Source: Lingula anatina | Taxonomy: Eukaryota; Animalia; Brachiopoda | Reading direction: 5' to 3' | Length of the DNA: 64,000 bases | Assembly (NCBI GenBank): GCA_051362555.1 | Contig: CM120641.1 | Coordinates: 32,680,401 to 32,744,400 of the forward strand | In this document: piece by piece, positions 62,175-64,000 of the stretch | How positions within the stretch are numbered: the stretch's first letter is position 1 | How the letters are laid out: each line of letters begins with the position of its first letter | Notes under the pieces: model-generated | The model's database searches: none | What the model was told of the DNA's origin: nothing | The model's input: the letters and a program-made list of their open reading frames with translations, nothing else | Made by a program: the position numbers and the translations under genes

Positions 62175-63225
62175 CAAATGTGACCTGTTCCGAAAAAATT
62201 AATCACTAAATTTTCGCACAATGTGTTTTATAGCAAAATATTAAATATTTACCTCAGACTCAAATCTCATTGAGGCAATTAGTGAGATATAAGCATGACC
62301 TCATAAGAGTTTAAGTATTAACACAATTTTGTCATGAAATGAAAAAATTGTTTAATTATATTTAGAATAATAAGAGTTCTTCTTATTGTTTAGTACAAAT
62401 ACTAGTAATATAAGACCTTTTACATTCATATCTCCACTTTTTTCACTTTCAAGTGCAGTTTCTAGAGATAAGAACTCCAACCAATCTTCATCTGAAATGA
62501 CAACTTTTTAAACCTTGGCAGTCTGAAGGGCTGGCTATACTTCTTTTTGTCATATTTGAGACCCCTGTTAAGGTGTGTATAAAACATGTCTTAACACTAC
62601 CATACCCTAGTCACTCGCACATGATTGAAACACCAGATTTTGCCTGTCTCATTAACTTGATATCCTTACACTCGGGAAAATCTCAACTAATTCCATATAA
62701 AACCACCTACTCAGTATGCTGGGATTATATTCTGACTTGCTCAGCAAGTGATCGCCAATCATGATTAAGGTGCATCTAGCAAGTATGAGAGCTGCCAGCT
62801 CATGGTATTTAATATACTTACCATCATCAATATGATAAAAATAATAATAATTTACCTGTATCAGAGACATCTACTGCCTCATCAACAATATGAATCTCTT
62901 GCACTGGAGTGGAAGCAGACGCGACACTGGCATCACCTTCCCCATCTTTTCCTTTAGCACCTCCCTCACTGGTAGCAACATCCTGATCCATGCTTGACAT
63001 CTCTTCTCTTTTTTCTACACCTTGGTCATCTATGTTTTCTAACCTGCTGTTTGAAGTTCTGCTGTCAGTTTCTCCATGGCCACCGTCAGTTTGTTTGGCA
63101 ACTCGAGACTGCAAAGGGCTGTGTTTGTCCAGATCATTGCTAGGTGTAATGGTGTCACTGTCAGATGGTATGGGGGACAACTCTCTGCTACTGCTGTTGT
63201 AACTGTTGTTAGGAAGACTGCTCAT
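32424..63225 (-). CDS. NEK8/NEK9-family (NIMA-related, niki-like) Ser/Thr kinase, ~1509 aa: low-complexity N-terminus, DUF4347-like domain, kinase, RCC1 repeats, coiled coil, C-terminal CaaX (CVLQ)
   Basis: 32 phase-consistent exons: 63225-62856, 56700-56545, 56305-56205, 55529-55353, 55082-55003, 54637-54540, 54397-54282, 51950-51847, 51553-51434, 50776-50638, 50270-50142, 48255-48130, 47609-47515, 44366-44288, 43656-43502, 43197-43057, 41639-41517, 41033-40847, 40321-40103, 39662-39377, 39091-38939, 38436-38289, 37639-37499, 37274-37169, 35137-34978, 34821-34760, 34546-34401, 34000-33833, 33619-33535, 33183-33064, 32865-32761, 32558-32424 (TGA); total 4530 nt. Kinase motifs [32 protein letters not shown] and DIWALG are intact. 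RCC1 motifs include [27 protein letters not shown] and [15 protein letters not shown]; IPAWIKNEL resembles the NEK9 tail motif. The NEK8 versus NEK9 orthology cannot be resolved by eye. Confidence 0.9.
36735..36765 (+). repeat. (CA)n microsatellite
   Basis: Read directly from the sequence. Confidence 0.9.
39165..39318. mobile_element. Truncated Harbinger-like end plus a short near-perfect hairpin
   Basis: TTA|GGCTTCGTTCACATGG resembles a Harbinger TIR; gcagcgcgagccagttact...agtaactggcttgcgctgc forms a hairpin at 39268-39318; locally CpG-rich. Confidence 0.5.
40611..40836 (+). mobile_element. Harbinger/Tourist-like MITE, AGATCGA family copy 2
   Basis: GAGTGCATTCCCAGAGAT ... ATCTATGGGAATGGGGTC flanked by AAA on both sides; internal sequence aligns with copies 1 and 3. 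Confidence 0.85.
41671..43073 (-). repeat. 33-bp minisatellite with higher-order structure (43 copies plus the authentic junction), filling NEK intron 41640-43056; unit = last 17 nt of exon + first 16 nt of intron
   Basis: Minus-strand unit ATAGAGGCTCTCCTCAG|GTACAGTTTACACATT (variant CTACAGGTTCTCCTCAG|GTACATTTTACACATT). Unit lengths are 33, 30 or 27 nt. The marker variant acctgtgggattcc recurs at 41801, 42281 and 42830. Confidence 0.95.
45695..46667. mobile_element. Non-autonomous DNA transposon with TTA TSD and GG...CC ends (Zator or PIF/Harbinger type), 973 bp
   Basis: TTA|GGCCACACTTTTTTAATTTTATGGATGACATCC ... GGATGTCATCCATAAAAATAAAAAAGTGTGGCC|TTA: 33-bp TIR with one mismatch. Internal ~160-bp tandem duplication (~46216-46350 / ~46378-46512). 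Confidence 0.9.
47396..47448 (+). repeat. Poly(A) tract interrupted by one G
   Basis: Read directly from the sequence. Confidence 0.9.
47569..47815 (-). repeat. 133-bp-period tandem duplication of a NEK 3' splice site and exon start
   Basis: agggtcaagaaacctctccattagctgcacaacaacaaaa versus agggtcaagaaacctcttcattagctggacaacaacaaaa; exon-start positions 47609 and 47742. Confidence 0.85.
48549..49539. mobile_element. Kolobok-type non-autonomous DNA transposon, 991 bp, TTAA TSD
   Basis: TTAA|AGGACAACTCAGTGGGTTA ... TAACGCGCTGAGACTGTCT|TTAA (AG...CT ends, short imperfect TIRs); CpG-rich; contains a coding exon on the minus strand. Confidence 0.75.
49028..49239 (-). pseudogene. Orphan first coding exon inside the Kolobok-type element (ZNF653/ZNF692 N-terminal-like domain)
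   Basis: AAACATGGCT start; MAQTHVK...[43 protein letters not shown], ending at donor AC|gtgagt. No downstream exon identified. Confidence 0.6.
50283..50421 (+). repeat. (ATAAT)n pentanucleotide microsatellite, ~27-28 copies, abutting the acceptor of kinase exon 50270-50142
   Basis: Read directly from the sequence. Confidence 0.95.
50824..51038 (-). mobile_element. Harbinger/Tourist-like MITE, AGATCGA family copy 3 (inverted relative to copy 1)
   Basis: TAA|GGCTCTATTCCCATAGAT ... ATCTATGGAAATGGGGTG|TTA; reverse complement aligns closely to 23757-23954. Confidence 0.85.
53842..54140. repeat. Degenerate ~48-52-bp tandem repeat, about 6 copies
   Basis: Recurring ttccatataactcttacgcaaaag..aagctatcaaggtgc..cgtgag motif. 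Confidence 0.75.
54580..56670 (-). other. DUF4347-like (NSMF/ECT2L-type) domain-coding exons N-terminal to the kinase
   Basis: Spliced peptide [63 protein letters not shown]...[35 protein letters not shown]...ELYF follows the recalled DUF4347 pattern (IVFIDSRV...IHIVSHG...ILLYGCNVA...G...L..LTGADVAAS.D). Confidence 0.75.
55813..56043. mobile_element. Harbinger/Tourist-like MITE, diverged AGATCGA subfamily (copy 4)
   Basis: TAA|GACCCCATTCTCAT ... ATGGGAATGGGGTC|TAA: perfect TAA TSD, long imperfect palindrome. Confidence 0.85.
57209..57500 (-). repeat. Cluster of about four degenerate copies of the acceptor junction of NEK exon 56700-56545
   Basis: ttcctgaccagcacctga (authentic junction at 56700) recurs with junction positions 57240, 57307, ~57394 (degenerate) and 57464. 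Confidence 0.75.
59203..59444. mobile_element. Older MITE copy related to 20333-20574
   Basis: aggtcactccacaggaatgtgaatatttgggttgcatcaatgatgc ... catcactgatgtgaccagaacatgcaattattttttgtaaaatgatcct. Confidence 0.6.
62088..62171 (+). repeat. Compound (CT)n(CA)n microsatellite
   Basis: Read directly from the sequence. Confidence 0.95.
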
Positions 63226-64000
63226 CTCTCTCTTGTAGAGATGGTTTTTAAATGCTACCTCCAATTATGATCCATTCTTACACTGAAATATGAGAAGAAA
63301 AACATAAGCTTGAAAAATCTGACAAAACTGGATAATTTGGAGTTGGTGCTAGTTACAACATGTGTTGTCCACTGTATCCAACATATAAGAGCGTAATTAT
63401 ATCGAGGCGCAGCTGAGATATAATTTGCTCTTGTATGTTGCATACAGTGGACAAAGAGTACTGTAGTTGTAACTGACTTATACCACAGCTGGCACTTCGG
63501 ATAACAGAATGAACGCACCGAAGAGTACTAAAATACAGGCAAGCCTGTATGCAAAATACAAGTGCAATTATCCTATTGTTCGAATTGTCAGCTGTGGTAT
63601 AAATCAATATACATGTACTATATATACCTAGAATGGACAGAGACCTTTTTCTATATATCTCTCTTGTTGAGAATGAGAAGCATTTCTCTTCTTGTCATCA
63701 TACTCACTGATACGTCTTGAATTATTTACTAGTGTTTATTATGATCTGCCTAGTAAAGATGTGTGACAGTTACCTATATGGGTATATATATGTTCACAGC
63801 ATGGGTGATTACATAGAACCTGCCAATGATCCCACTCTGCTGCTGTGGTGGGGTGAGATAGTTACATTACGCCAGACAGTCAAATCGGATGTTTTCCCAC
63901 ACTGGCACAGGGGCTCATAGTTTAATTTTGAAAACTACTTTAGAAGCCCCTTATACTTCCATCCCAAAGTGACAATGCCAATTTAACTTAATTCAACTTG

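Overview
AT-rich, intron-dense animal genomic DNA; an invertebrate, possibly a mollusc, is inferred from composition and repeat types only. Three spliced genes were reconstructed by hand from GT-AG junctions with reading phase checked at each junction. (1) The 3' 32 coding exons of EPG5 (+, 1299-19374). (2) A 10-exon orphan gene for a ~278-aa secreted, granin-like protein (-, 22868-29062), with a perfect CRE upstream. (3) A 32-exon, ~1509-aa NEK8/NEK9-family kinase (-, 32424-63225) with an unusual DUF4347-like / kinase / RCC1 / coiled-coil / CaaX architecture. The introns hold several DNA-transposon derivatives: a pogo-like relic, a Zator/Harbinger-type element, a Kolobok-type element with a ZNF653/ZNF692-like exon, and several MITE families. 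The most striking structure is a NEK intron made almost entirely of 43 frame-preserving tandem copies of its own 5' splice junction. Two other splice-junction duplications and two candidate 18-nt microexons occur in the same gene. No rRNA, tRNA or CRISPR features were seen. All family assignments are from recalled motifs, not database searches.
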